DNA from: an uncultured bacterium
Lineage (GTDB): Bacteria; Margulisbacteria; Marinamargulisbacteria; SXXA01
Length of the DNA: 64,000 nt
Reading direction: 5' to 3'
Assembly: GCA_903864835.1 (NCBI GenBank)
Contig: CAIPHK010000041.1
Coordinates: 25,693-89,692 of the forward strand
Positions 28,911 through 39,929 of this stretch are shown here, piece by piece. Each line of letters opens with the position of its first letter. The stretch's first letter is position 1. The notes beneath the pieces are model-generated. The model was not told the origin of the DNA, did no database searches, and was given only the letters and a program-made list of their open reading frames with translations. A program made the translations under genes and the position numbers.

Positions 28911-29290
28911 TTATACGGATCAAATGGGGGTCCGTTATTAGACCTCATCGATTGCTGTACATCTGAGGGCAACCCACTCCCATCGATGAGGCCAATTTTA
29001 TTCACTAAATACAACGTTTGGAATACGGTTAATTTCTGTTTGACTCCTAATGTATTCAGCGGCAACTGCGCGGATTTCGGGAACACAGCCGTCATGTACG
29101 GATCTACGGATATGTTCTCCGTCGCACCCCCATATTTCCGGTACAGCGCCCGTACATCCGATGTAGGTGATGCCAACGCCTCAATCATTAATCGCTCCAA
29201 TTCCGGGACGGTCCAATAAATATTTTTTAGATCCGAGTTCGAGATAGAATCATTCAATGCGATTGCAAAATCCTCAATGGTGACCCCCAC
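28904..29290 (-). CDS. Hypothetical protein (128 aa)
   Basis: ORF only. Confidence 0.4.
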   Translation of the reverse strand: MGVTIEDFAIALNDSISNSDLKNIYWTVPELERLMIEALASPTSDVRALYRKYGGATENISVDPYMTAVFPKSAQLPLNTLGVKQKLTVFQTLYLVNKIGLIDGSGLPSDVQQSMRSNNGPPFDPYKC

Positions 29291-29383
29291 TCGACGTAAC
29301 GCGGCATCTCCAAATTGTTGAATAAAAAATTCAGGTGGCCCATTATCACCCCCACCATTTTTACTGGAATCATTCGAGGCACT

Positions 29384-30247
29384 CTACACATTCACCCCAA
29401 AAATCTGCCGGACAATAAACTTGGCATCTTCAATCGACCCCGACGACGACTCAATTTCCTTCGCTTTGGATTCCGCCACCGTCTGATTTTTTAACTTACG
29501 AACATCGGAGCTATCGTCGACCGCCTCGACAATCGTTCGCGCCCCCGACGCCATTTGCCATTCTTTCTTTTCGCCGACGACCCCCGATGTTATTTGGTCC
29601 GCATCCACGACTGGGGACACCCGATTAATATCTCCGTCGCCCAATTTTTGGATGTACGTATCCACAACCTCTTTTTGAAGGGACTCAGACGCGTCGCTGG
29701 TCATCCCCGAACCACCCCCACCCACCACTCTACTGAGTACGTAGTCCGCTGCAACTTTTGTTGTTTCAGATACCGTAATTGTGGCTTTTCCCTCCGCATC
29801 AAACACAATGACTGCTTTTAAAACGATGGCCTTTTCTTGCCCTGCGCTATTGGTTCCCACTGCTTTTACTTGCGCCACATACATTTTGGTTGGATCCAGA
29901 CCGGTGACGTCAAAATGACCATCGGTCACCGTAAACGTTTTTCCTGTATATTCCACCGTTCCATCGGAATTAACGATATAAATCTCTCCGGTGCCGCTGG
30001 GCAACTGGGTGGCGTTACGAATCCCAACCGTGTCGAGGGATGAAATATGGGCCGACGAAATCGACGAAATATTGGAGGTCACCCCAATTTGGGATAAGTC
30101 CGCCTCAGACACCAAGACCGTCCCGCTCACTACCGCCGACCCTGCGCTGCCCCCTGAGTTCGTCGTCAACCCGGTGGTACACCCCACCAACACCACACAA
30201 AGCCAAACCCCACACCACCGAAAGGCAGTTTGATTGAGCCTCATCAT
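29384..30247 (-). CDS. Putative lipoprotein
   Basis: Start placed at ATGATG 30247 with AGGGAG 8 nt upstream; N-terminus MMRLNQTAFRWCGVWLCVVLVGCTTG has a signal peptide and LVGC lipobox. The longer track ORF (to 30340) is probably an artefact. Confidence 0.55.
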   Translation of the reverse strand: MMRLNQTAFRWCGVWLCVVLVGCTTGLTTNSGGSAGSAVVSGTVLVSEADLSQIGVTSNISSISSAHISSLDTVGIRNATQLPSGTGEIYIVNSDGTVEYTGKTFTVTDGHFDVTGLDPTKMYVAQVKAVGTNSAGQEKAIVLKAVIVFDAEGKATITVSETTKVAADYVLSRVVGGGGSGMTSDASESLQKEVVDTYIQKLGDGDINRVSPVVDADQITSGVVGEKKEWQMASGARTIVEAVDDSSDVRKLKNQTVAESKAKEIESSSGSIEDAKFIVRQIFGVNV

Positions 30248-30409
30248 TTTAATACTCCCTTTTTTCGATCCAAAATACCGCCCCATTAGACACAGATCGC
30301 CGATAAGCCGAGACCTATTCCGCGAATCCCTCGCACTCATGTATTACAAAATTTCGATTGATTAATCTTAAAAACACGCCCCCCCGAACGCTTTTATCGA
30401 ACCAAGCCG

Positions 30410-30420
30410 TATGTTATAGT
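30410..30420 (+). promoter_or_regulatory. Possible extended -10 element (TGtTATAGT) for tRNA-Gly
   Basis: tgttatagt ends 11 nt upstream of the tRNA 5' end; no convincing -35. Confidence 0.25.
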
Positions 30421-30431
30421 CTCCGAACCTT

Positions 30432-30507
30432 GCGGGATTAGCTCAGTTGGTAGAGCGTCTGCTTGCCAAGCAGAAGGTCGCCAGTTCGAATCTGGTATCC
30501 CGCTCCA
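30432..30507 (+). tRNA. tRNA-Gly (anticodon GCC)
   Basis: 76 nt: acceptor stem gcgggat/atcccgc, D-arm gctcagttggtagagc, anticodon stem tctgc/gcaga with loop ttGCCaa, T-arm ggtcgccagttcgaatctggt, encoded CCA. Confidence 0.85.
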
Positions 30508-30582
30508 TTATTACTTTTTCCTTAAAATTATCGCCCTAAAAAATACGGTGCCGACAAAATTCTGGAATAACCAGGTGGATCT

Positions 30583-31872
30583 ATGAAAATTTTAAACTCT
30601 ACAAAACAAGGAAATGTCATTTTCCTCGAGCTCGAACAGCCCCATGAAGCGATTCAGTCCAATTTGGATAAGGCTTTCAAAAAGGTCGTCAAAGACGTCC
30701 GAATCCCCGGATTTCGGAAAGGCAAAATCACCCGATCCATGTACGAAAAATACTTTGGAACCGATACCATCGTCCGAGAAGGTATTATGGACGCAGTCAA
30801 TGCCGCCTATGCCGAAGCGGTTCAGTTACTTGACCTTCGCGTGATTGATTTCCCTAGAAATATTAAAATCGGCGAATATAAAGAAAACGAAGCCATTCAG
30901 TTTTCCTGTGAAGTCGATATCCTTCCCGAAGCTAAATTGGGCACCTACAAAGGACTGGAAATCACCGTCACCAAAGACGAAGTTACTGATGACGCAGTCA
31001 ATGAGCAGATCAACAGACTCCGTGACAGCTACGCCACCTACGAACCCGTAGATCGCCCCGCCAAAGCAGACGACGTTGTCCGCGCCACCATCTCAGCCAC
31101 CGTCGATGGGGAGCCCTATGCCCCGTGGACACGAGACGGCGCCGGAATTCGGCTCGGACTCGGAAGCTTTGGTCCCGAATTTGACGAACAAGTCATCGGA
31201 ATGACCCAATCGGAATCCAAGACATTCAGCACCGTGTTGCCGGATGATTTTTCAAACAAAGAAACCGCAGGCAAATCGGCAGAATTTAGCGTCACAATCG
31301 ACGAAGTTCGTGAAAAACGACTTCCAGAAATAACCGATGAATTTGCCGCAAAAGTATCTGGACAATCTACCGCGGATGAATTCGTGACTCAAACCCGTAT
31401 CAAATTAGAAACCCAATCTACCGAAAAATACGACGGCGAAATCCGCAACGCCCTGATCACGGCTGTAATTAACGCCACGGAAATTGAAGTACAACCGGTA
31501 TTGGTCCAACGCGAAGTAACACAATTGGTATCCGAGTTTGAATCCAACGTTAAACGCATCGGTTACACGCTTGAACAATATCTAAAAACCACCGACGGTA
31601 GTATCGAAAAGCTTCGAGAGACTTATCTTGAGACCGCCGAACAACGGGTCAAGGCCGATCTCATTTTGGCAGCCATTGCGGAGCAAGAAAAAATTGAAGT
31701 CAGCGACGATGATCTCCGAGCTGAAATTAAGGACTGGAATGAACCTGAGTTGTCGACGGATAGCCAAATTAATGGGTATCTCCGCCATATTGATCAAGAG
31801 CGGCTACGATATTCCGTACGACGTCAAAAAACACTCGATTTCCTAGTCAGCCAAGCTGTAATTAAAAACTAA
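30583..31872 (+). CDS. tig: Trigger factor (ribosome-associated chaperone)
   Basis: 429 aa; N-terminal trigger-factor segment GFRKGK; conserved position upstream of clpP-clpX; AGGTGG SD 6 nt upstream. Confidence 0.9.
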   Translation: MKILNSTKQGNVIFLELEQPHEAIQSNLDKAFKKVVKDVRIPGFRKGKITRSMYEKYFGTDTIVREGIMDAVNAAYAEAVQLLDLRVIDFPRNIKIGEYKENEAIQFSCEVDILPEAKLGTYKGLEITVTKDEVTDDAVNEQINRLRDSYATYEPVDRPAKADDVVRATISATVDGEPYAPWTRDGAGIRLGLGSFGPEFDEQVIGMTQSESKTFSTVLPDDFSNKETAGKSAEFSVTIDEVREKRLPEITDEFAAKVSGQSTADEFVTQTRIKLETQSTEKYDGEIRNALITAVINATEIEVQPVLVQREVTQLVSEFESNVKRIGYTLEQYLKTTDGSIEKLRETYLETAEQRVKADLILAAIAEQEKIEVSDDDLRAEIKDWNEPELSTDSQINGYLRHIDQERLRYSVRRQKTLDFLVSQAVIKN

Positions 31873-31896
31873 TATTAAGTAAAAAGGGGTAACACC

Positions 31897-32502
31897 ATGG
31901 GCTTAGTTCCAATTGTTGTTGAACAGACCGGTCGTGGAGAACGATCCTATGATATTTATTCACGCCTTCTAAAAGAACGGATTATATTTTTATCCGAAGC
32001 CATCGATGACCATACTGCCAACCTCATTATCGCTCAGCTTCTGTTTTTAGACGCCGAAGATAGCGATAAAGAATGTTACATGTATATCAACAGTCCGGGT
32101 GGTGTAGTCACTGCCGGACTCGCTATTTATGACACCATGCAATATATCAAGACCAAAGTATCGACCATCTGTTTGGGGCAAGCGGCCTCAATGGGCGCGG
32201 TACTATTGGCGGCGGGGGAACCTGGACGTCGTTTTGCACTCCCTAACGCTCGAATCATGATTCACCAACCATTGGGTGGGGCTCAAGGACAAGCGACCGA
32301 CATCGAAATTCAAACACAAGAGATCTTGCGGTTAAAACTGAGCTTGAACACCATTTTGGCGAAACACACCAAACAAACCATCAAGACTATTGAAAAAGAT
32401 ACGGATCGCGACAACTTCAAGAGTGCGGAAGAAGCCGTTAAGTACGGCCTCATTGATTCCGTCATTACATACAACCAAGCCGCAAAAATAACTAAAAAAT
32501 AA
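31897..32502 (+). CDS. clpP: ATP-dependent Clp protease proteolytic subunit
   Basis: ClpP motifs [44 protein letters not shown]. Confidence 0.92.
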   Translation: MGLVPIVVEQTGRGERSYDIYSRLLKERIIFLSEAIDDHTANLIIAQLLFLDAEDSDKECYMYINSPGGVVTAGLAIYDTMQYIKTKVSTICLGQAASMGAVLLAAGEPGRRFALPNARIMIHQPLGGAQGQATDIEIQTQEILRLKLSLNTILAKHTKQTIKTIEKDTDRDNFKSAEEAVKYGLIDSVITYNQAAKITKK

Positions 32503-33821
32503 TGACCAATGCCGCTACGCCCACCTGTTCATTTTGCGGAAAACCCCAACCAATGGTGACCACGTTAGTCATTGGTCCAGATGCCAACATTTGCGACCAA
32601 TGTGTACGTGTGTGTTTGGATATCTCTGGAGGGACAACTGAACCCGGTGCGACTACCCCGAAAGAAACCGCCACACCTGCTGGGGAGAGTCCGTTAAAAG
32701 TAGCGGAGGCCCCTGTCCCTCAAGAATCGACTCCCATCGACCCTCCTAAACCGGCTGAAATCTATGCATTTCTCGATCAGTACATCATCGGGCAATCCCA
32801 GGCCAAGCGGATTTTATCCGTGTCGGTATACAACCATTACAAACGGTTGTTTGGTGCAGAGCCAGAAGGCTTCGACGGTGTCGAAATTCAAAAAAGCAAC
32901 GTTTTATTAGTTGGCGCAACGGGAACCGGAAAAACGTTATTTGCCCAAACCTTGGCGAGACTCCTCAATGTACCGTTTACCATCGCAGATGCCACCACAA
33001 TTACCGAAGCAGGGTATGTCGGGGAAGACGTTGAGAGCATGTTATTTCGGCTACTTCAGGTCGCCAACCATGACGTCAAACTCGCAGAATCCGGAATTAT
33101 CTATATCGATGAAATTGATAAAATTTCCCGAAAATCCGAGAACCCCTCGATTACCAGGGATGTCTCTGGGGAAGGCGTTCAACAAGCCCTGTTAAAAATG
33201 CTCGAAGGGTCGTTAGTCAACGTACCCGTTCGTGGCGGACGAAAAAATCCGCAAGGCGAATTTATGACAGTGAATACTCAAAATATTCTATTTATTACGG
33301 GCGGCGCGTTTCATGGAATTGAGTCGATCGTTCGCCAACGACTCAACGAAAAACAAATTGGATTTTTATCGGAAACTGAAAAAGTCAAAGTCTCGGAAAC
33401 CGACATTTTTGAGCATATACAAGTGGAAGATCTTCAAAAATTCGGATTGATCCCCGAATTGATCGGACGGCTCCCAATTGTTGCTCCCTTAAAAGAACTC
33501 GACGAAGACGCATTGGTCAAAATTTTGACCGAGCCCAAAAATGCCATTACTAAACAATACGCAAAACTCTTGGCCATGGATAACGTCTCGATCCATTTCG
33601 AACCCAAAGCGCTTCGCAAAGTGGCTCAAATTGCGGTCCTGAAAAAAATGGGAGCCCGAGCGCTCCGTGCGATTATGGAAACTATCATGTTGGACACGAT
33701 GTTTGCCGCTCCAGGAACACCCGGAACCAGCGTGACCATTTCCGTGGCCGATGTCGACCGTTACGCGGACGAAAAACTCTCAAAAACCCTTCGAAAGAAG
33801 CTGGCAACCAAGGATCATTAA
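32502..33821 (+). CDS. clpX: ATP-dependent Clp protease ATP-binding subunit ClpX
   Basis: N-terminal zinc-binding CSFCGK..CDQC, Walker [12 protein letters not shown]; start overlaps the clpP stop as TAATG. Confidence 0.92.
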   Translation: MTNAATPTCSFCGKPQPMVTTLVIGPDANICDQCVRVCLDISGGTTEPGATTPKETATPAGESPLKVAEAPVPQESTPIDPPKPAEIYAFLDQYIIGQSQAKRILSVSVYNHYKRLFGAEPEGFDGVEIQKSNVLLVGATGTGKTLFAQTLARLLNVPFTIADATTITEAGYVGEDVESMLFRLLQVANHDVKLAESGIIYIDEIDKISRKSENPSITRDVSGEGVQQALLKMLEGSLVNVPVRGGRKNPQGEFMTVNTQNILFITGGAFHGIESIVRQRLNEKQIGFLSETEKVKVSETDIFEHIQVEDLQKFGLIPELIGRLPIVAPLKELDEDALVKILTEPKNAITKQYAKLLAMDNVSIHFEPKALRKVAQIAVLKKMGARALRAIMETIMLDTMFAAPGTPGTSVTISVADVDRYADEKLSKTLRKKLATKDH

Positions 33822-34717
33822 TGGTTAGCCAAACAATTCCCGCATCCGTAACTCTCCTTCAGACAGTGTCTGAAACGTTAGCGGGATGGATTGATTGGAT
33901 CCAATCGGAAGGCCCAGAGTGGACGGCCGTTCGGTCGGGCCTAACGGGCACACCCACCCCTGAATCCACGCGGGTTCTACAAACCATGCTTCTGGCCACC
34001 TTAACGATGTTTGAAGGTGTGGGCACACCCTCGATCGCTGGGATCACGCCGACCGACAACGGGATCACCGTCCATTGGGTGGGAGGATCCTCTGACACCC
34101 TAACCTGGGGTGCCAACGACGCTCACTTTATTCGATTTTCCCATTACGTCGCGCACCGGGTACTGGGCCTCCCCGCCCAAGGCAAAAAAACAGCGGTATA
34201 TCCCAATGTGATCCCTGGGGTCAAAACCAAATTGTCCTATTACTTGTCGGCCCTTACGACCACCCACTCCCGAGTGACCGGCTTGATCCAGTCCGATATC
34301 AGTCATAGTTTTGATGGCAATGTGGACCCCGTTTTTTTGTTTGTGGTGTTGGGTTGCCTTCCCTTGGATCAGCTCAATGCATTGTTCTTGTATATTCAGC
34401 GATTTCTTCCCGACGGGCTCAGTATCAAAAATGCCACGGGCAAATCGGTCATGGTATCTCAACTGTTTCAACCGGCCACCGACGTTCGGTTTATGGTCGA
34501 AAAAACAAATTTATACCTCGATCTCTTTACGACCCCCCATTTGCCCATCATTCGGGAAATTACACGGGCGAAAACGATTGCATACTTTCAGAAGCTGATG
34601 GCGACACCTGCGGTAAAAGACGGGGTATTAGAGAACCTTAAGGGCATCATTACGTATCAAATTACCCCCAGGACTCAACTCTATAGCTTGCTGAACCGAA
34701 TTATAGATCGGATTTAA
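33821..34717 (+). CDS. Hypothetical protein (298 aa)
   Basis: ORF whose start overlaps the clpX stop as TAATG. Confidence 0.5.
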   Translation: MVSQTIPASVTLLQTVSETLAGWIDWIQSEGPEWTAVRSGLTGTPTPESTRVLQTMLLATLTMFEGVGTPSIAGITPTDNGITVHWVGGSSDTLTWGANDAHFIRFSHYVAHRVLGLPAQGKKTAVYPNVIPGVKTKLSYYLSALTTTHSRVTGLIQSDISHSFDGNVDPVFLFVVLGCLPLDQLNALFLYIQRFLPDGLSIKNATGKSVMVSQLFQPATDVRFMVEKTNLYLDLFTTPHLPIIREITRAKTIAYFQKLMATPAVKDGVLENLKGIITYQITPRTQLYSLLNRIIDRI

Positions 34718-34725
34718 CGACAATT

Positions 34726-34995
34726 ATGACCAGTATCGACGCCATTCGTGGAATCCTTGAAACCGCGCTCTCTCCATCAACACTCGATATTCTCGACGAA
34801 AGCCACCCTCATCGGGGACATTACCATTCGGACAGCGTCGACCCTAGCCATCTCAAAATTCGGATTGTTTCCGCTGCGTTTGACGGATTATCTCGGGTCA
34901 AACAGCACCAGTTGGTGAATCGGTTATTGAAGCCGGCGTTTGATGATGGGTTACATGCCTTGGCGTTGGAGACGATCGTGGCTGGACAAGATTAA
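34726..34995 (+). CDS. BolA-family protein
   Basis: 89 aa with the BolA-like pattern [37 protein letters not shown]. Confidence 0.6.
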   Translation: MTSIDAIRGILETALSPSTLDILDESHPHRGHYHSDSVDPSHLKIRIVSAAFDGLSRVKQHQLVNRLLKPAFDDGLHALALETIVAGQD

Positions 34996-35017
34996 CGGTG
35001 AAAAGGAAATTCAACGA

Positions 35018-35794
35018 ATGAAAGCGGTGATTTTAGCGGGTGGGTTGGGCACCCGAATTTCAGAAGAAACCCATCTCAAACCGAAACCGATGATCGAAAT
35101 CGGGGGTCGCCCGATTTTATGGCACATCATGAAAGGGTACTCCGAACACGGTATCCGAGAATTTATTATCTGCTGCGGGTACAAGGGGTACCTCATCAAA
35201 GAATATTTCGCGAACTACTTTCTTCATATGTCCGATGTCACTTTCAACATGCGTGATAACACAATGGAAGTCCACCAACAAAATGCGGAAGATTGGAAGG
35301 TCACTCTCGTTGACACCGGGGAAGCAACAATGACTGGCGGGCGGTTGAAACGGGTGGCCAGTTTCCTTTCTGGCGAAGACGCATTTTGCTTTACGTACGG
35401 CGATGGCGTTAGTGATGTCGACATTACCGCGTCCATTAATTTTCACCGTCAGCACGGGAAATGGGCGACGCTCACGGCAGTATGTCCACCGGGTCGATTC
35501 GGGGCTCTTGATATCCGTCAAGATAGCCTAATCTCGGCCTTCAAAGAAAAACCACAAGGCGACGGAACTCGCATAAACGGCGGTTTTTTTGTCCTATCTC
35601 CCAAGGTTATCGATTTAATTCATTCTGACGACACCTTGTGGGAGCGCGAGCCCTTAGAATCATTGGCGGCACAGGAACAATTGAGAGCCTTTTTGCACGA
35701 CGGATTTTGGCAACCAATGGATACGTTGCGCGATAAAACCGTGCTTGAGGGCCTATGGGAAGAGGGCCGCGCGCCCTGGAAGATATGGGCGTAA
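35018..35794 (+). CDS. rfbF: Glucose-1-phosphate cytidylyltransferase (CDP-glucose synthase)
   Basis: [45 protein letters not shown]; start at ATG 35018 with AAGGAA upstream. Confidence 0.85.
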   Translation: MKAVILAGGLGTRISEETHLKPKPMIEIGGRPILWHIMKGYSEHGIREFIICCGYKGYLIKEYFANYFLHMSDVTFNMRDNTMEVHQQNAEDWKVTLVDTGEATMTGGRLKRVASFLSGEDAFCFTYGDGVSDVDITASINFHRQHGKWATLTAVCPPGRFGALDIRQDSLISAFKEKPQGDGTRINGGFFVLSPKVIDLIHSDDTLWEREPLESLAAQEQLRAFLHDGFWQPMDTLRDKTVLEGLWEEGRAPWKIWA

Positions 35795-36840
35795 CACCGT
35801 CGTTTTGGAAAGGTAAACGCGTCTTCCTGACCGGCCACACTGGGTTTAAGGGGAGTTGGCTCTCGATTTGGCTCACTCACATGGGGGCAACGGTCACAGG
35901 ATACGCATTACCCGCACCCACTAATCCCAGTCTTTTTGAACTTGCCTCGATCGCAAACCATATTCACCACGTCGAGGGGGATATTCGAAACGCGGATGGG
36001 CTGATTGAAGCCATGCAAACCGCTGGTCCGGATATCGTGATTCACATGGCGGCACAACCCCTCGTCCGATACTCGTACGACCATCCAGTGGAAACCTTTT
36101 CGGTCAACGTATTAGGGTCTGTAAACCTCTTTGAAGCCATCCGGAAAACGCCCTCGGTTCGCGCCGTCGTTAACGTCACCACCGATAAATGTTACGACAA
36201 CCGAGAATGGATTTGGGGCTACCGCGAAAATGAAGCCCTTGGCGGGGCTGACCCATATAGCAGTAGTAAAGCCTGTTCCGAATTGGTGACAGCCTCCTAC
36301 CGACGGTCATTTTTTGAGCCAGAAGGCCGGGTATTTCTGGCGTCGGCCCGAGCGGGCAACGTGATTGGCGGAGGCGACTGGGCGTCAGACCGATTGATCC
36401 CCGACGCGATTCGAGCCCTGCAGACCGATTCCGTCGTTCGAATTCGAAATCCCCATGCCATACGGCCGTGGCAACACGTGCTGGAGCCCCTTTCCGGATA
36501 TTTAATGGTCGCGGAACGGTTGTTTGAACACGGATCCGCATTTGCCGACGCATGGAATTTTGGCCCGCGCGATCAGGACGCTCGCCCGGTTTCGTGGGTG
36601 GTGAGCCAGGTGGTAACCGCATGGGGAAGTGGCCGTTGGGTCATTGACGAGGGCACCCATCCCCACGAAGCGCACTATTTAAAATTGGATTCATCGAAGG
36701 CGGGCCACCAACTGGGGTGGCAGCCGCGGTTGTCGTTATCCGACGCCCTGACGCTGACGGTGGATTGGTACCGAATAGTCCAAAACCAGGTCCCCGCATG
36801 GGATGCCGTAATTAATAATATTCAAAAATTTTCAGAGTAG
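35785..36840 (+). CDS. rfbG: CDP-glucose 4,6-dehydratase
   Basis: Start placed at ATG 35785 (10-nt overlap with rfbF); [20 protein letters not shown]ossmann N-terminus and extended-SDR architecture. Confidence 0.8.
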   Translation: MGVTPSFWKGKRVFLTGHTGFKGSWLSIWLTHMGATVTGYALPAPTNPSLFELASIANHIHHVEGDIRNADGLIEAMQTAGPDIVIHMAAQPLVRYSYDHPVETFSVNVLGSVNLFEAIRKTPSVRAVVNVTTDKCYDNREWIWGYRENEALGGADPYSSSKACSELVTASYRRSFFEPEGRVFLASARAGNVIGGGDWASDRLIPDAIRALQTDSVVRIRNPHAIRPWQHVLEPLSGYLMVAERLFEHGSAFADAWNFGPRDQDARPVSWVVSQVVTAWGSGRWVIDEGTHPHEAHYLKLDSSKAGHQLGWQPRLSLSDALTLTVDWYRIVQNQVPAWDAVINNIQKFSE

Positions 36841-36851
36841 GACACCCCATC

Positions 36852-38168
36852 ATGACCGAAAAAATGAATCAGTTACGCAATGAAATTCGAGGCTTGGTCC
36901 ATCAGTATTCAATCCATAAGTATTCTCACCAAGAATTTTCACCAGGGGTCACCCCGGTTCCGCCATCCGGCAAGCTATTAGACGGTCATGAACTTGAAAT
37001 GATGGTGGATGCCGCATTAGACGGATGGTTAACCACCGGACGGTTTAACGATGAGTTTGAGGAGCGTTTAGCTCAGTTTTTGGGTGTTAAACACCTCATT
37101 ACGGTCAATTCTGGATCATCTGCAAACTTAGTGGCATTTTCAACATTAACGTCCCCCATGCTAAAAGAGCGGGCCATTTTGCCCGGCGACGAAGTGATCG
37201 GAGTCGCTGCTGGATTTCCGACCACCGTAAACCCCATTATCCATTACGGTGCAGTCCCCGTATTTGTGGATGTTGAAATTGGAACGTATAACATCGACGT
37301 CACCCAACTTGAGGCGGCCATTAGCCCAAAAACCAAAGCGATTATGCTGGCCCACACCTTAGGTAATCCCTACAACTTGGAGGTGGTGACTACCCTGTGT
37401 AAAAAATACAACTTATGGCTCATTGAAGATTGCTGCGATGCACTGGGATCGACATACAACGGTCAAACCGTCGGAACATTTGGGGACATTGGCACGCTTA
37501 GTTTTTATCCCGCCCACCATATTACGATGGGGGAAGGCGGTGCCGTATTTACTAACAATCTCAAACTGAAGCGAATTGCAGAGAGTTTTCGGGATTGGGG
37601 GCGTGATTGTTTCTGCCCACCGGGTAAAGACGATACGTGTGGTAAACGCTTTTGTTGGAAATTGGGGGAACTCCCCGAAGGCTATGACCATAAATATATT
37701 TATAGCCATCTGGGATACAACCTCAAAATCACCGACATGCAAGCGGCTTGTGGCTTAGCACAGTTGGATAAAGCCCCCTCATTCATCGAAAAACGAAAAG
37801 CCAATTTTGCGTATTTAAAATCTCAACTGACCCCGTTGTCCGAATTTCTAATTTTACCTGAAGCCACCACGAATAGTGACCCGTCATGGTTTGGATTTCC
37901 GATCACACTCCGAGACTCAGCGCCTGTATCTCGTCTGGAGTTAACCCGGTACTTGGATTCAACAAAAGTAGGTACGAGACTGCTGTTTGCCGGCAATTTA
38001 CTGCGCCAGCCCTACATGAAAGACCGGCCCGTTCGCGTGGTGGGTGAATTAAAAAATACCGATGTGGTCATGAATCAAACATTCTGGATCGGAGTGCAGC
38101 CGGCATTGACTGAGTCGATGTTGGACCATGTTACGGCGTCGATTCGATCTGGATTAATGAGCCGATAG
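36852..38168 (+). CDS. rfbH: CDP-4-keto-6-deoxy-D-glucose 3-dehydrase-like PLP/PMP enzyme (DegT/DnrJ/EryC1 family)
   Basis: 438 aa; aminotransferase-fold features and a Cys-rich segment [23 protein letters not shown] typical of RfbH/E1. Confidence 0.75.
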   Translation: MTEKMNQLRNEIRGLVHQYSIHKYSHQEFSPGVTPVPPSGKLLDGHELEMMVDAALDGWLTTGRFNDEFEERLAQFLGVKHLITVNSGSSANLVAFSTLTSPMLKERAILPGDEVIGVAAGFPTTVNPIIHYGAVPVFVDVEIGTYNIDVTQLEAAISPKTKAIMLAHTLGNPYNLEVVTTLCKKYNLWLIEDCCDALGSTYNGQTVGTFGDIGTLSFYPAHHITMGEGGAVFTNNLKLKRIAESFRDWGRDCFCPPGKDDTCGKRFCWKLGELPEGYDHKYIYSHLGYNLKITDMQAACGLAQLDKAPSFIEKRKANFAYLKSQLTPLSEFLILPEATTNSDPSWFGFPITLRDSAPVSRLELTRYLDSTKVGTRLLFAGNLLRQPYMKDRPVRVVGELKNTDVVMNQTFWIGVQPALTESMLDHVTASIRSGLMSR

Positions 38169-38860
38169 TGCACCCCAAATTATTATTGTTCGGGGCAACA
38201 GGCGCCATCGGGGGCGAGATTTCTCGCCGATTTACCGATGCAGGGTGGGCCGTTATCGCGATTACCCGATCACCGGGTCATGCCGATGCCGTGGTATGGA
38301 ACCCACTCGACGCGAATGACAACGGCTCCCACGTGATGACTCAGGGTCCGTTTGACGCAATATGTTGGGCGCAAGGGCAAAATTGTAACGATTCGATTGA
38401 TTCGTTTGATCTTGAGTTGCACCGCCAACTCTATGACTCTAACGTTGGATATATTTTACAATCGTTGGCCCAAGTGCGCCGCGCAAACGTCCTCAAATCC
38501 GGCGCAAAACTGGTGGTAATCAGCTCCATTTGGCAAGAGATCGCACGACAAAACAAGTTGTCGTACACCGTTACTAAGGCCGCGTTAAAGGGTCTCATTC
38601 ACTCCCTTGCCGCCGACTTGGCCGCAGACGGCATTCTGGTTAACGCCGTTTTGCCCGGTGTCTTGGATACCCCCATGACCCGAAGCAACTTAGGCCCAGA
38701 TCAAGTCTCGACGGTCGAATCGGCAACCTTGTTTAATCGATTGCCGACCCTATACGATGTGTCGGGGGCCGTGCTGGCGTTGTGTGGGCCCACCAATTCG
38801 GGGATAACAGGACAATTTATTCAAGTAGATTTGGGGTATTCAAATGTCCGAATTATTTAA
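38168..38860 (+). CDS. Short-chain dehydrogenase/reductase (SDR)
   Basis: GTG start; N-terminal LLFGATGAIGGEI nucleotide-binding motif; SDR-like YTVTK segment. Confidence 0.65.
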   Translation: MHPKLLLFGATGAIGGEISRRFTDAGWAVIAITRSPGHADAVVWNPLDANDNGSHVMTQGPFDAICWAQGQNCNDSIDSFDLELHRQLYDSNVGYILQSLAQVRRANVLKSGAKLVVISSIWQEIARQNKLSYTVTKAALKGLIHSLAADLAADGILVNAVLPGVLDTPMTRSNLGPDQVSTVESATLFNRLPTLYDVSGAVLALCGPTNSGITGQFIQVDLGYSNVRII

Positions 38861-39929
38861 TATTAAGATTTCATCCAATTCAAAGTCTTATTCGGTGATC
38901 GTTGGTCCTGACATTGTCCAATCCCGATTGGAAAATCAGCCGATGTTTCGAATTGTCGATGATCGACTGAGCGCCCTTTTTCCGTTTACAAATCATGAGC
39001 CTGTAGTTCACGTTTCCGCCACCGAAGACAAAAAGACGTTGGAATCCGTTGCAACAATCATTGAAACCCTGCGATCCAAAGGGGCCACCCGAAATGCCCA
39101 TATCGTGGCCCTTGGCGGTGGGATCATTCAAGACGTAGCCACATTCGCTGCATCCAGCTATATGAGAGGCATTCCTTGGATCTATTGCCCAACCACATTG
39201 TTGGGAATGGTCGATTCGTGTATTGGGGGTAAATCATCGATTAACGTGGGCCAGTATAAAAACATTGCTGGCAATTTTTATCCCCCCGATGAAATTTGGA
39301 TCGATACCGTTTTTTGCGACACGTTATCGAGCGTTCAAAAAGCAGAAGGATTATGTGAGGCCGTCAAAATTTGTTTCGCTGGTGGGGAGCCCTTTAACGA
39401 CTATCTTATGTGGGTGGATACCTATCCCGACTATTTGACTGATCCCTCCGCGTTAGCCCCCATCATTGGGATTGCGTTATCTACTAAAAAGCGGTTTATC
39501 GAAGAAGACGAATTCGATAACGGAATTCGTCGCCTCCTCAATTTTGGACACACATTCGGCCACGCCATCGAGGGGGCCACTCACTATGAGATTAGCCATG
39601 GAATAGCGGTCGGATTAGGTGTCATTGCCGCCATACATATTTCCGTTCAATTGGGGCGAGTATCAGCGGATCATCCCCGTGTCCAAGCGCTCTTAAACCA
39701 GGTTCAAAATCTCCTACGAACAGTGCCATCGTTATCGTCTACCATTCAAGAATTAGATACCCATGCCGCAATGACCTGTTTTAGATCCGACAAAAAACAT
39801 TCATCCACCCATTTTGCGATGATTTTGTTAAATGAGGCGGCGGAACTCGAATTTAGTCAACATCCCCGAACTGACGCGATCGAAGCCCTGATTCAAACCA
39901 CATTTGGCCACATAAAGGAGCAAACATGA
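38844..39929 (+). CDS. 3-dehydroquinate synthase-like enzyme (sugar phosphate cyclase superfamily)
   Basis: ALGGGIIQDVATFAAS nucleotide-binding motif and NFGHTFGHAIE metal-binding motif. Confidence 0.7.
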   Translation: MSELFNIKISSNSKSYSVIVGPDIVQSRLENQPMFRIVDDRLSALFPFTNHEPVVHVSATEDKKTLESVATIIETLRSKGATRNAHIVALGGGIIQDVATFAASSYMRGIPWIYCPTTLLGMVDSCIGGKSSINVGQYKNIAGNFYPPDEIWIDTVFCDTLSSVQKAEGLCEAVKICFAGGEPFNDYLMWVDTYPDYLTDPSALAPIIGIALSTKKRFIEEDEFDNGIRRLLNFGHTFGHAIEGATHYEISHGIAVGLGVIAAIHISVQLGRVSADHPRVQALLNQVQNLLRTVPSLSSTIQELDTHAAMTCFRSDKKHSSTHFAMILLNEAAELEFSQHPRTDAIEALIQTTFGHIKEQT

